The notes beneath the pieces are model-generated. The model was not told where the DNA came from, made no database searches, and saw only the letters and a program-made list of their open reading frames with translations. Below are positions 50,324 to 61,400 of a DNA stretch of 64,000 nt, in pieces. The first letter of the stretch is position 1; every line of letters begins with the position of its first letter. A program made the translations under genes and the position numbers. Source of the DNA: Leidyana gryllorum EB-2025a (Eukaryota > Protista > Apicomplexa); the NCBI GenBank assembly GCA_048772705.1, contig JBLWGC010000194.1:1-64000 (forward strand), written 5' to 3'.

Positions 50324-52043
50324 TCAGCACACTTTCCTTTTCATCAAAGTACTTTGCATCAGCTTCTCCTTCTCCAGAAGGTAACCTGCTTCCTCTACCA
50401 CGTCCAACAGCCGCGATATCCCACGACTCCATGTTCCCATCTTGTCTTGCTGTAAGGAGTCCCCAAACACAACCAAACCCTCGGGACTGTAGTGGGCGGG
50501 CGAATCGGCAACGAGCACCAGAAATAATCACTCACCGGTTGATACGTGCATTAATGATGCCCGCTGAGACCAGCTCGCAAAGTTGCAGTTCGCAGTCCTC
50601 CTTTGCAATGTCAAACAATTCGCACATCCGCTCCAATGTGCACCGCTTATAGTACTTGGCCACAACGCGAAGGTCCTATAAATGCTGTCTCCTGGGCCCC
50701 GGCTATGTACTTACGTGTTGGATTACTCGTTCTTTCAAAAGCTTCGCCCGGTCGGCGGCGTTGGCGAATGGAGAATCCGCCATCAACGGGTGTTGTTGAA
50801 CGACCTGCGCGAACGGAGGGGGCCACCGAACAACATCTTGGCTCAGAAACGCAGTCAACATTTCTCTGGAAAGATTACAGCATCTGAGACGCGATCCTCC
50901 CTGTCTTACCCGAATGCTGGCGTAGCCTGTAAAGCCTTCTTCTCACTCTCGGCTAATCTCCGAGTCACATCAATTTGCTCTGGGGTGGGCGGAGCCAGGA
51001 GAGCAAAGAGTACCACTCCCTCGACATACCAAGTGGCCAGTTTCTCCAGCGTCATGCCCTTCGGCAAGAAAGGCGTCAGCTGTTTCATGTCCAATTCCGG
51101 AGACGCGTTCCGGACCCAAGGAGTGTCCAGGCACGACTTTAGACATTGAGAGACTGCCATCATGTCTCCTTCATGAATATGATACTCTGTCATGTACGAG
51201 TAGTAGCGCAATTTGCTCATCTGTGATCAGCGATAGTGAACGGAGGGAGGTCTCTCGTCGGCCGTTACCTGGAAATCGTCAGCTTCGAGTAACTTCCTGT
51301 TAAGACGCTTGGACACAATTTGACATCTAACAAAGTCGTTACGCGCAAGAACGAGTCGCATTTGCTCGAGAATAAAGTCGGTCTTCTCGTGTTTCTCCAT
51401 GGCGATAGAAGTCTCAATTTGCACCTCTTGCAGCAAAGCCGACGCTTCGGCGAGATTGCCTTCCGCCTCCTTCATACGAGACAAGCGCAAAATGATGCGC
51501 GCGCGCTCCACTTCGACGAACATCTATCACCAACATTGTGGCAAGCTTCCGGTACACGTGAGACTCACCTTGCCCTCAGTCACTGTGCAAAGGGTTTCAA
51601 TGAGAGCATAAAGAGCTTCCTTGCTCGGCATACGATCTAACCATCGCATTCCCTCCTGGACAATATCGGCAATGACTCTCTTTAGCTGCTGCCGCTTCTT
51701 GCACAGAACGGCGATGGACTCTCTGGCCTCGTCCAAATTGCCAGCTTCCAGCCAACTCTTCACTATCCAAACGCACACGCGCGATACCGAGGCGCTGTCG
51801 AAGGCCTATTGACACTTGAGTGTGACACAGACAGCACACAATACACAGTCTCACATTGCGAGCTTTCTTCTCAATAGGCGCCAGCAGGGCCACGGCGTCA
51901 TGGAGGCGTCCAGCGGCTTTGAGAGACTCAGCTTGGCTCAGGAGACTATCTACTTCTTTGGAGAAGTCTGCAGTAGACTTGGGATCCTTGACCAAGGAGT
52001 CCAAGTCTCCAAGGATAGCTGATGCGGTAGTTTCGTCAGCCAT
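50324..52043 (-). CDS. PSMD12: 26S proteasome lid subunit RPN5
   Basis: EKKARN, LCKKRQQLK, VTEGK/MFVEVERAR, LQEVQIET, EKTDFILEQMRL, and PCI region VVAKYYKRCTL. Multi-exon. Confidence 0.95.
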
Positions 52044-52065
52044 ATTTACACAAAATGGTTTCTTT

Positions 52066-52799
52066 TTAGAGGTTGTATCGCTGAGTGTGTTCTTCACGCA
52101 CTGGATGGTCTGCTGCCATAGGCCGACTTTCGTAAACTGTCATGACTGGTGCACGCTGGTGCCCTGAAATCTCCCCCCTCAGTCCTGACACAAACACACT
52201 TTTGCCGCCTGGTGCGAGTGAGACATACCAATATAGGCGAGGCGGATGGGACTGGTTGCTCCCTTGAAGTGTATTTGAAGAGAATTGATCAACTTGAGTT
52301 TGGCAATCTTCACGGGATGTGGAGAGTTGCCGCAGGGGTCTCGGACGATTTCCAGCTTTTGGACACTGGGCAGACCCAACTCGATGCTGCGCGGGGTGTT
52401 TCAGTGTTAGTCGCGGATTTGCACTTACTCGTTGAAACAGAGCTCTGGCCGATCAGCATATAGAGTAGCTGTCTCAGGAAAACCGTCTTCCGTCAGCGCG
52501 AGGATGTATAAGCTGTGGATAGTGCAGGGAGAGGAGAAGGGTATACTCAACAGCTATTAGGAGTATTGCGCAAACCACTGTTTGCTTACCAACTCAGACT
52601 CATCATCTTCGTCACTACAGCATCCTTCCCACTGCTCAAAACGAGCAGAGTGCGGTTTGAAGAGGTTGTGGCAGGAGTTACACACGGCTTCATTGCCGCA
52701 CGTGACCGAATCCTTGAGGATTGCATCGTTCAACCACCGTCCAGTCCCAACATTAGTGTCCAAGCGTTCGCAGTCACAAGCCGACGAGTGAGTGTCCAT
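52066..52799 (-). CDS. PITH-domain protein (PITHD1-like)
   Basis: VTCGNE...LFKP..R...SDEDDESEL, INSLQIHFKG...IRLAYIG/LRGE, VYESRPMADH. Short introns. Stop TAA at 52066. Confidence 0.85.
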
Positions 52800-53043
52800 G
52801 ATGTTTTCGTTATCGGGCAGGGAGAAGGGACGAAAAAGAAGACTGGCTTACAAAGCAGCTGACAAGTTGAAAAGGGTAGCACGACGTTTCCGCGACAAGG
52901 TTGCTGGGAAGAACCAGAAAAGTGTCACCGAATCTCACGAGTTCTCGATCGGCACGGCCCCTGACCGACCCTGGGACTCAGTTGACCCAGCCTTGACCAT
53001 TGCCACCCAATCATTATTCAAGAGCGTAAACTAAAAAATTGGT

Positions 53044-55049
53044 ATGCAACTGAGAAGACGTGAGAGGGCCCTAAGATCAGAGACGGATCCACCAGCCGGT
53101 GAAGCTACACAGTCCCGTCCCAGATCTGCTTCAAGAAATCTACTGATACTAATCCTTTTGTTATTCGTAGGTTGTTTTTCCATCGGCACTTTTTACCATT
53201 CTAAAATCTTTCCCACAACCGAAATAATGTGCGGGAAGAAGGTTTATGTCATCGGAGCGGGCCTTTCCGGGATGAGTGCAGCTTTTGCTGCTCTCGACCA
53301 AGGAGCTGAAGTGGTACTCGTGGAGAAGGACGCTAATCTGGGCGGTAATTCCGCCAAAGCTACTTCCGGCGTTAATGCTGTTAATACCAAATACCAGCTG
53401 GAGCATGATCCCAAAATCAAGGATTCCGTAGAGCTCTTCCTGACCGATATTCTCAAGTCAGGCAAGGGCATATGTGATAAGGATCTTGCGCGGAGTCTGG
53501 CAGCTCTGTCGGGAGAAGCAGTTGATGAATTGGTGGATCGTTTCGGACTCCAGCTCTCCGACATCAACCAACTGGGCGGACATTCCGCATCCAGGACCCA
53601 CAGATTCCCCCCCAAGGATGGGCGGATCGCACCCGTGGGGTATACCATGGCTGCCACTTTGCGCAGCAAGCTGGAAGCCGAGTCGGAACGAGTCACTATT
53701 CTTAAGAAGACCAAGTTAGTTGACTTCGATATGACCGAGGTGGCCCCAGGTCACTTCAAGGTTTCTACACTGACTTTGGAGAACGGCGAAGGAGAACGTC
53801 AAGTCGTCAGCGATGCTTCAGGCGTCGTCTTCGCAGCTGGAGGGTATGGCGCCGATTCATCTCCCGAGTCGCTCCTGGTGAAAGTCCGACCCGATCTCGA
53901 AGGCTTCCCGACAACAAACGGTCCGTTTGCTACCGGAGACACGGTTAAAATCGGCATTGCGAAAGGGCTCAAAACTACGGATCTGGATCAAGTGCAGCTT
54001 CACCCTACTGGATTCGTCCATCCTGACACCCCAGATGCCCCTCAGAAGTTTTTATGCCCAGAAGTGATCAGAGGAATTGGCGCAGTTTTGTTGGCGCCAA
54101 ATGGTTCGCGCTTCATTGACGAAGTTTCTACCCGTGATACCGTGTCAGCCGCAATCCGGAAGCATTGTGGGGACACTAAAGAATGGCAGATGGCAAAATC
54201 CGCCTCTCCGAATCAAAAGATGGCCCTGATGATCCTTTCGCAAGAGGTTGCTGAGAAGTTCGGTCTCGCTGCTTTTAATTTCTACAAGTCCAAGGGTTTC
54301 ATATTCGACCTGAAGGACGACAGTGATGTCAAACGCGTTGCGCCCGGGCTGAACTATCAGAGAATTCTCGAAGAGTTGGCGGCATACGACGACGCCGCAA
54401 AGGGGCACATTAAAGATCCCCATGGAAAGTCTCGCTTCCCAGTCATTTTCGGAGAAAATCCAGTATTATATGGAGCTTACATCACCCCGTCTCTGCATTT
54501 CACCATGGGCGGGCTCGCCATCAAGACCGATGCACGAGCTGTCCACAATGAAACCGGCAATGGCATCTTGAATCTATTCGTAGCCGGTGAGAATTCTGGC
54601 GGCGTGCATGGAGCCAACCGACTGGGAGGCAACGGGTGTTTGGAGTCTCTGGTGTTCGGTCGTTTGGCGGGCAAGCGAGCCGGACAAGTTCCGTCGAATT
54701 TGACAGATATCCCATCATCCGATACCAACGAATCCATAGTATTAGCAGTGTCTTATGATCCGACCGAGCCTTTCGCTGACATTACTTTGGCTGCTCCTTC
54801 GCCCGCTCATATGTGGCCGCAGGAGCACAAGTCGTTCGAAAGCCTTACTTTCCAGTCTTCGAATGGTCAAGTGGTAAGATATCCCATTCGTAAACTTATT
54901 TCGTGACTCTCTCTTCTCAGGTACATATCCCTATCGTGCAACAAACTTCATCGATTGGTGAAAGCAGAGTTGTGGCTTCTACAGAGAAAGTGGATAGAGC
55001 ACTTCTCGATCAATTTGTACAGCCAGGGCTTAAGGTTGTGCTCACCTGA
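53044..55049 (+). CDS. Flavoprotein fumarate reductase (Osm1/FRD/flavocytochrome-c type) with an N-terminal TM
   Basis: VIGAGLSG, GGNSAKATSG, GGHSASRTH, QLHPTG, EVIRGIG, HFTMGG, GGVHGANRLGGN. A last intron (~54874-54920) leads to the stop at 55049. Confidence 0.93.
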
Positions 55050-55443
55050 AGCTTTTTTTCTCAACTATACCCAGCCCCTCATTCACGTGAAGTCTCACGA
55101 TCTCGTGAATAGTTTGTACTTGTGAATAAACCGCTTGTTGGTATACAGTCGAGATCCCTCCTTTGTCTGAGCTACCAGTCAAGAGTAGACTCCAATTATC
55201 GTATCTGATTGGTCTCGTGTTCGAGCCCGTGTAGCTGCTAAGGAACGAGATTCGTGTTGGGCTACTGTTCACAATGTTGTAGTAATCGCAATCTTTGTTT
55301 AGGTGTACGAGTTAGTAGTAATTGAGCTTTAAGTCCGTAGACGAGCTCATGAAGCAGCGCGACTTTGCTGTCAAAAGCGTCACGCAAAAGTGGTTAATTA
55401 CACACAGAACAGAGGTACGGTTTGATCGATATCATACAAAAGA

Positions 55444-58400
55444 TCATGCGAACATTTCGAGCTCTAGAGTTTGAAGGGTTTCACGATCAAGCTCATCCAT
55501 TGGAGCTTCAACATCCAATCCCACCAAATCTCCTGGCGGGTCGGGTGAAGCGAAACTCATAAGTCCGAATTGACGGATACCGTAGTACCCAGCAACAGCC
55601 AATACGGCTGCCCCAGCTGAGGCAGACCCGATGATGACGCCCATGTTACCTCCCTCTTCTGAGGTCGTAGTTGTTGTAGTGGTGGTACGCACCGCTTGTA
55701 TCAGACGTGTTGTCGTTGTCACCTCTTCGGCGGTTGTCTCCTCAGTTGAGGTCGACTCGGTGCCCTCCGTCGTGGTGACGTCCCAGCTAGTCGTCCCCTC
55801 GGCAGTAGCCACCGTGTCCACGTCTACTGGGCGAGTCTGGGGAGGTTGGATGATTCCAGTACTCCCAGACACCGTCTCTGTTGGTACTGCAGTTGTTGTA
55901 ACAGGGCGTGTCTCTGGAGGTTGGATGAAGCCCTCAGACTTGGTGCTAACGGTAACCATTGATGATGTCGAAGTAACATCCCACTCGTCGTCCGCGTTAG
56001 CCGAAGAGGCCTCACTGCTGATGGTAGTGAGAGTCGTGCTCTTGCCGCTGCCGATCGAGGTGGTCTCTCTTTCGTCACCGGACATTGAACTGGTCTCCAC
56101 AGCAGTTGGAGTGGCATTTTCCGCATCCGATTGCTCTGTTTCTTTGACGAAGACTGTGGTGGTACCCGGGAGGCTCGCCGTGGAAGTCTGAGCTTCGTCC
56201 TCGGAGGTCGAGATATCAGTACGATAGCTTCCTTGCTCTCCCGTCTCAGGCTGCATCTGTGTGGTGGAGCTCGGTAACGCGATATCAAAGGTGCTGGTAG
56301 CTCCCTCGACTCCAGTGGATCCTTCCACGGCGTCAACCGTAGTAAGGAAAGTGGTAGGTGGCTGAATTATACCAATGCTGGTGAGTTCTCCAACTTCAGT
56401 GGTGGAGCCTTCGACGGCAGAACCAGTCGTAGTGATGGGTGGCTGCACAATACCGCTGCTGGTCGGTCCTTCGACTTCAGTTGTAGAGCCTTCGACGCCA
56501 GAACCAGTGGTAGTGGTAGTGATGGGTGGCTGAACAATACCGCTGCTGGTCGGTCCTTCGACTTCAGTGGTGGAGACTTCGACCGCAGAACCAGTGGTAG
56601 TGGTAGTGATGGGTGGCTGCACAATACCGCTGCTGGTCGGTCCTTCGACTTCAGTGGTGGAGACTTCGACCGCAGAACCAGTGGTAGTGGTAGTGATGGG
56701 TGGCTGCACAATACCGCTGCTGGTCGGTCCTTCGACTTCAGTTGTAGAGACTTCGACGCCAGAACCAGTGGTAGTGGTAGTGATGGGTGGCTGAACAATA
56801 CCGCTGCTGGTCGGTCCTTCGACTTCAGTTGTAGAGACTTCGACGCCAGAACCAGTGGTAGTGGTAGTGATGGGTGGCTGAACAATACCGCTGCTGGTCG
56901 GTCCTTCGACTTCAGTTGTAGAGCCTTCGACGCCAGAACCAGTGGTAGTGGTAGTGATGGGTGGCTGAACAATACCGCTGCTGGTCGGTCCTTCGACTTC
57001 AGTGGTGGAGACTTCGACCGCAGAACCAGTGGTAGTGGTAGTGATAGGCGGCTGAACAATACCGCTGCTGGTCGGTCCTTCGACTTCAGTGGTGGAGACT
57101 TCGACCGCAGAACCTGTGGTAGTGATGGGTGGCTGAACAATACCGCTGCTGGTCGGTCCTTCGACTTCAGTTGTAGAGACTTCGATGTCAGAACCAGTGG
57201 TTGTGGTAGTGATAGGCGGCTGAACGATACCGCTGCTGGTCGGTCCTTCGACTTCAGTTGTAGAGCCTTCGACGTCAGAACCAGTGGTAGTGGTAGTGGT
57301 AGCGATGGGTGGCTGAACAATACCGCTGCTGGTCGGTCCTTCGACTTCAGTGGTGGAGACTTCGACGCCAGAACCAGTGGTAGTGGTAGTGGTAGTGATG
57401 GGTGGCTGAACAATACCGCTGCTGGTCGGTCCTTCGACTTCAGTGGTGGAGACTTCGACGCCAGAACCAGTCGTAGTGGTAGTGATGGGTGGCTGAACAA
57501 TACCGCTGCTGGTCGGTCCTTCGACTTCAGTTGTAGAGCCTTCGACGCCAGAACCAGTGGTAGTGGTAGTGATGGGTGGCTGAACGATACCGCTGCTGGT
57601 CGGTCCTTCGACTTCAGTTGTAGAGCCTTCGACGCCAGAACCAGTGGTAGTGGTAGTGATAGGCGGCTGAACGATACCGCTGCTGGTCGGTCCTTCGACT
57701 TCAGTTGTAGAGACTTCGATGTCAGAACCAGTGGTTGTGGTAGTGATAGGCGGCTGAACGATACCGCTGCTGGTCGGTCCTTCGACTTCAGTTGTAGAGC
57801 CTTCGACGCCAGAACCAGTGGTAGTGGTAGTGGTAGTGATGGGTGGCTGAACAATACCGCTGCTGGTCGGTCTTTCGACTTCAGTTGTAGAGCCTTCGAC
57901 GCCAGAACCAGTGGTAGTGGTAGTGATAGGCGGCTGAACGATACCGCTGCTGGTCGGTCCTTCGACTTCAGTGGTGGAGACTTCGACCGCAGAACCAGTG
58001 GTAGTGGTAGTGATAGGCGGCTGCACAATACCGCTGCTGGTCGGTCCTTCGACTTCAGTTGTGGAGACTTCGACGTCAGAACCAGTGGTTGTGGTAGTGA
58101 TAGGCGGCTGAACAATACCACTGCTGGTCGGTCCTTCGACTTCAGTTGTAGAGACTTCGACCGCAGAACCAGTGGTAGTGGTAGTGATAGGCGGCTGAAC
58201 AATACCGCTGCTGGTCGGTCCTTCGACTTCAGTTGTAGAGCCTTCGACGTCAGAACCAGTGGTAGTGGTTGTGGTAGTGATGGGTGGCTGAACAATACCG
58301 CTGCTGGTCGGTCCTTCGACTTCAGTTGTAGAGCCTTCGACGCCAGAACCAGTGGTAGTGGTAGTGATAGTGGTAGTGATGGGTGGCTGAACGATACCGC

Positions 58401-61400
58401 TGCTGGTCGGTCCTTCGACTTCAGTTGTAGAGCCTTCGACGCCAGAACCAGTGGTAGTGGTAGTGATAGGCGGCTGAACGATACCGCTGCTGGTCGGTCC
58501 TTCGACTTCAGTTGTAGAGACTTCGATGTCAGAACCAGTGGTTGTGGTAGTGATAGGCGGCTGAACGATACCGCTGCTGGTCGGTCCTTCGACTTCAGTT
58601 GTAGAGCCTTCGACGCCAGAACCAGTGGTAGTGGTAGTGGTAGTGATGGGTGGCTGAACAATACCGCTGCTGGTCGGTCCTTCGACTTCAGTTGTAGAGC
58701 CTTCGACGCCAGAACCAGTGGTAGTGGTAGTGATAGGCGGCTGAACGATACCGCTGCTGGTCGGTCCTTCGACTTCAGTGGTGGAGACTTCGACCGCAGA
58801 ACCAGTGGTAGTGGTAGTGATAGGCGGCTGCACAATACCGCTGCTGGTCGGTCCTTCGACTTCAGTTGTGGAGACTTCGACGTCAGAACCAGTGGTTGTG
58901 GTAGTGATAGGCGGCTGAACAATACCACTGCTGGTCGGTCCTTCGACTTCAGTTGTAGAGACTTCGACCGCAGAACCAGTGGTAGTGGTAGTGATAGGCG
59001 GCTGAACAATACCGCTGCTGGTCGGTCCTTCGACTTCAGTTGTAGAGCCTTCGACGTCAGAACCAGTGGTAGTGGTTGTGGTAGTGATGGGTGGCTGAAC
59101 AATACCGCTGCTGGTCGGTCCTTCGACTTCAGTTGTAGAGCCTTCGACGTCAGAACCAGTGGTAGTGGTAGTGATAGGCGGCTGAACGATACCGCTGCTG
59201 GTCGGTCCTTCGACTTCAGTTGTAGAGCCTTCGACGTCAGAACCAGTGGTAGTGGTAGTGGTAGTGATGGGTGGCTGAACAATACCGCTGCTGGTCGGTC
59301 CTTCGACTTCAGTTGTAGAGACTTCGATGTCAGAACCAGTGGTAGTGGTAGTGGTAGTGGTAGTGATGGGTGGCTGAACAATACCGCTGCTGGTCGGTCC
59401 TTCGACTTCAGTTGTAGAGCCTTCGACGCCAGAACCAGTGGTAGTGGTTGTGGTAGTGATGGGTGGCTGAACGATACCGCTGCTGGTCGGTCCTTCGACT
59501 TCAGTTGTAGAGCCTTCGACGCCAGAACCAGTGGTAGTGGTTGTGGTAGTGATGGGTGGCTGAACGATACCGCTGCTGGTCGGTCCTTCGACTTCAGTTG
59601 TAGAGCCTTCGACGCCAGAACCAGTGGTAGTGGTTGTGGTAGTGATGGGTGGCTGAACGATACCGCTGCTGGTCGGTCCTTCGACTTCAGTTGTAGAGCC
59701 TTCGACGCCAGAACCAGTGGTAGTGGTTGTGGTAGTGATGGGTGGCTGAACGATACCGCTGCTGGTCGGTCCTTCGACTTCAGTTGTAGAGCCTTCGACG
59801 CCAGAACCAGTGGTAGTGGTAGTGATGGGTGGCTGAACAATACCGCTGCTGGTCGGTCCTTCGACTTCAGTGGTGGAGACTTCGACGTCAGAACCAGTGG
59901 TTGTGGTAGTGATAGGCGGCTGAACGATAGCGCTGCTGGTCGGTCCTTCGACTTCAGTGGTGGAGACTTCGACGTAAGAACCAGTGGTTGTGGTAGTGAT
60001 AGGCGGCTGAACGATACCGCTGCTGGTCGGTCCTTCGACTTCAGTGGTGGAGACTTCGCCCGCAGAACCAGTGGTAGTGGTAGTGGTAGTGATGGGTGGC
60101 TGAACAATACCGCTGCTGGTCGGTCCTTCGACTTCAGTTGTAGAGCCTTCGACGCCAGAACCAGTGGTAGTGGTAGTGATAGGCGGCTGAACGATACCGC
60201 TGCTGGTCGGTCCTTCGACTTCAGTGGTGGAGACTTCGATGTCAGAACCAGTGGTAGTGGTAGTGGTAGTGGTAGTGATGGGTGGCTGAACAATACCGCT
60301 GCTGGTCGGTCCTTCGACTTCAGTTGTAGAGCCTTCGACGCCAGAACCAGTGGTAGTGGTAGTGATGGGTGGCTGAACAATACCGCTGCTGGTCGGTCCT
60401 TCGACTTCAGTGGTAGAGCCTTCGACGCCAGAACCAGTCGTAGTGATGGGTGGCTGAACGATAGCGCTGCTGGTCGGTCCTTCGACTTCAGTGGTGGAGA
60501 CTTCGACGTCAGAACCAGTGGTTGTGGTAGTGATAGGCGGCTGAACGATAGCGCTGCTGGTCGGTCCTTCGACTTCAGTGGTGGAGACTTCGACGTCAGA
60601 ACCAGTGGTTGTGGTAGTGATAGGCGGCTGAACAATACCGCTGCTGGTCGGTCCTTCGACTTCAGTGGTGGAGACTTCGACGTCAGAACCAGTGGTAGTG
60701 GTAGTGGTAGTGGTAGTGATGGGTGGCTGAACAATACCGCTGCTGGTCGGTCCTTCGACTTCAGTTGTAGAGCCTTCGACGCCAGAACCAGTGGTAGTGG
60801 TAGTGATAGGCGGCTGAACGATACCGCTGCTGGTCGGTCCTTCGACTTCAGTGGTGGAGACTTCGATGTCAGAACCAGTGGTAGTGGTAGTGGTAGTGGT
60901 AGTGATGGGTGGCTGAACAATACCGCTGCTGGTCGGTCCTTCGACTTCAGTTGTAGAGCCTTCGACGCCAGAACCAGTGGTAGTGGTAGTGATGGGTGGC
61001 TGAACAATACCGCTGCTGGTCGGTCCTTCGACTTCAGTGGTAGAGCCTTCGACGCCAGAACCAGTCGTAGTGATGGGTGGCTGAACGATAGCGCTGCTGG
61101 TCGGTCCTTCGACTTCAGTGGTGGAGCCTTCGACATCAGAACCAGTGGTAGTGATAGGTGGCTGTACAATACCGCTGCTGGTCGGTCCTTCGACTTCAGT
61201 GGTGGAGCCTTCGACATCAGAACCAGTGGTAGTGGTAGTGGTAGTGGTAGTGATGGGTGGCTGAACGATACCGCTGCTGGTCGCTTCCGGATTGGTGGTC
61301 GAGGCTCCCGTGACCATTGTGGTGGCAGGAGACTGGACAACACCAGAGGTAGGGATACTTCCCCCTGTTTCCAAACTATCTGTCGAGAGGAGTTGGACAG

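Noticed and set aside
52044-52065. CCATTTTG (DinoSL core-like) on the minus strand in the PITH-RPN5 spacer
   Set aside because: An 8-nt match that is not repeated in the other spacers and is expected by chance.
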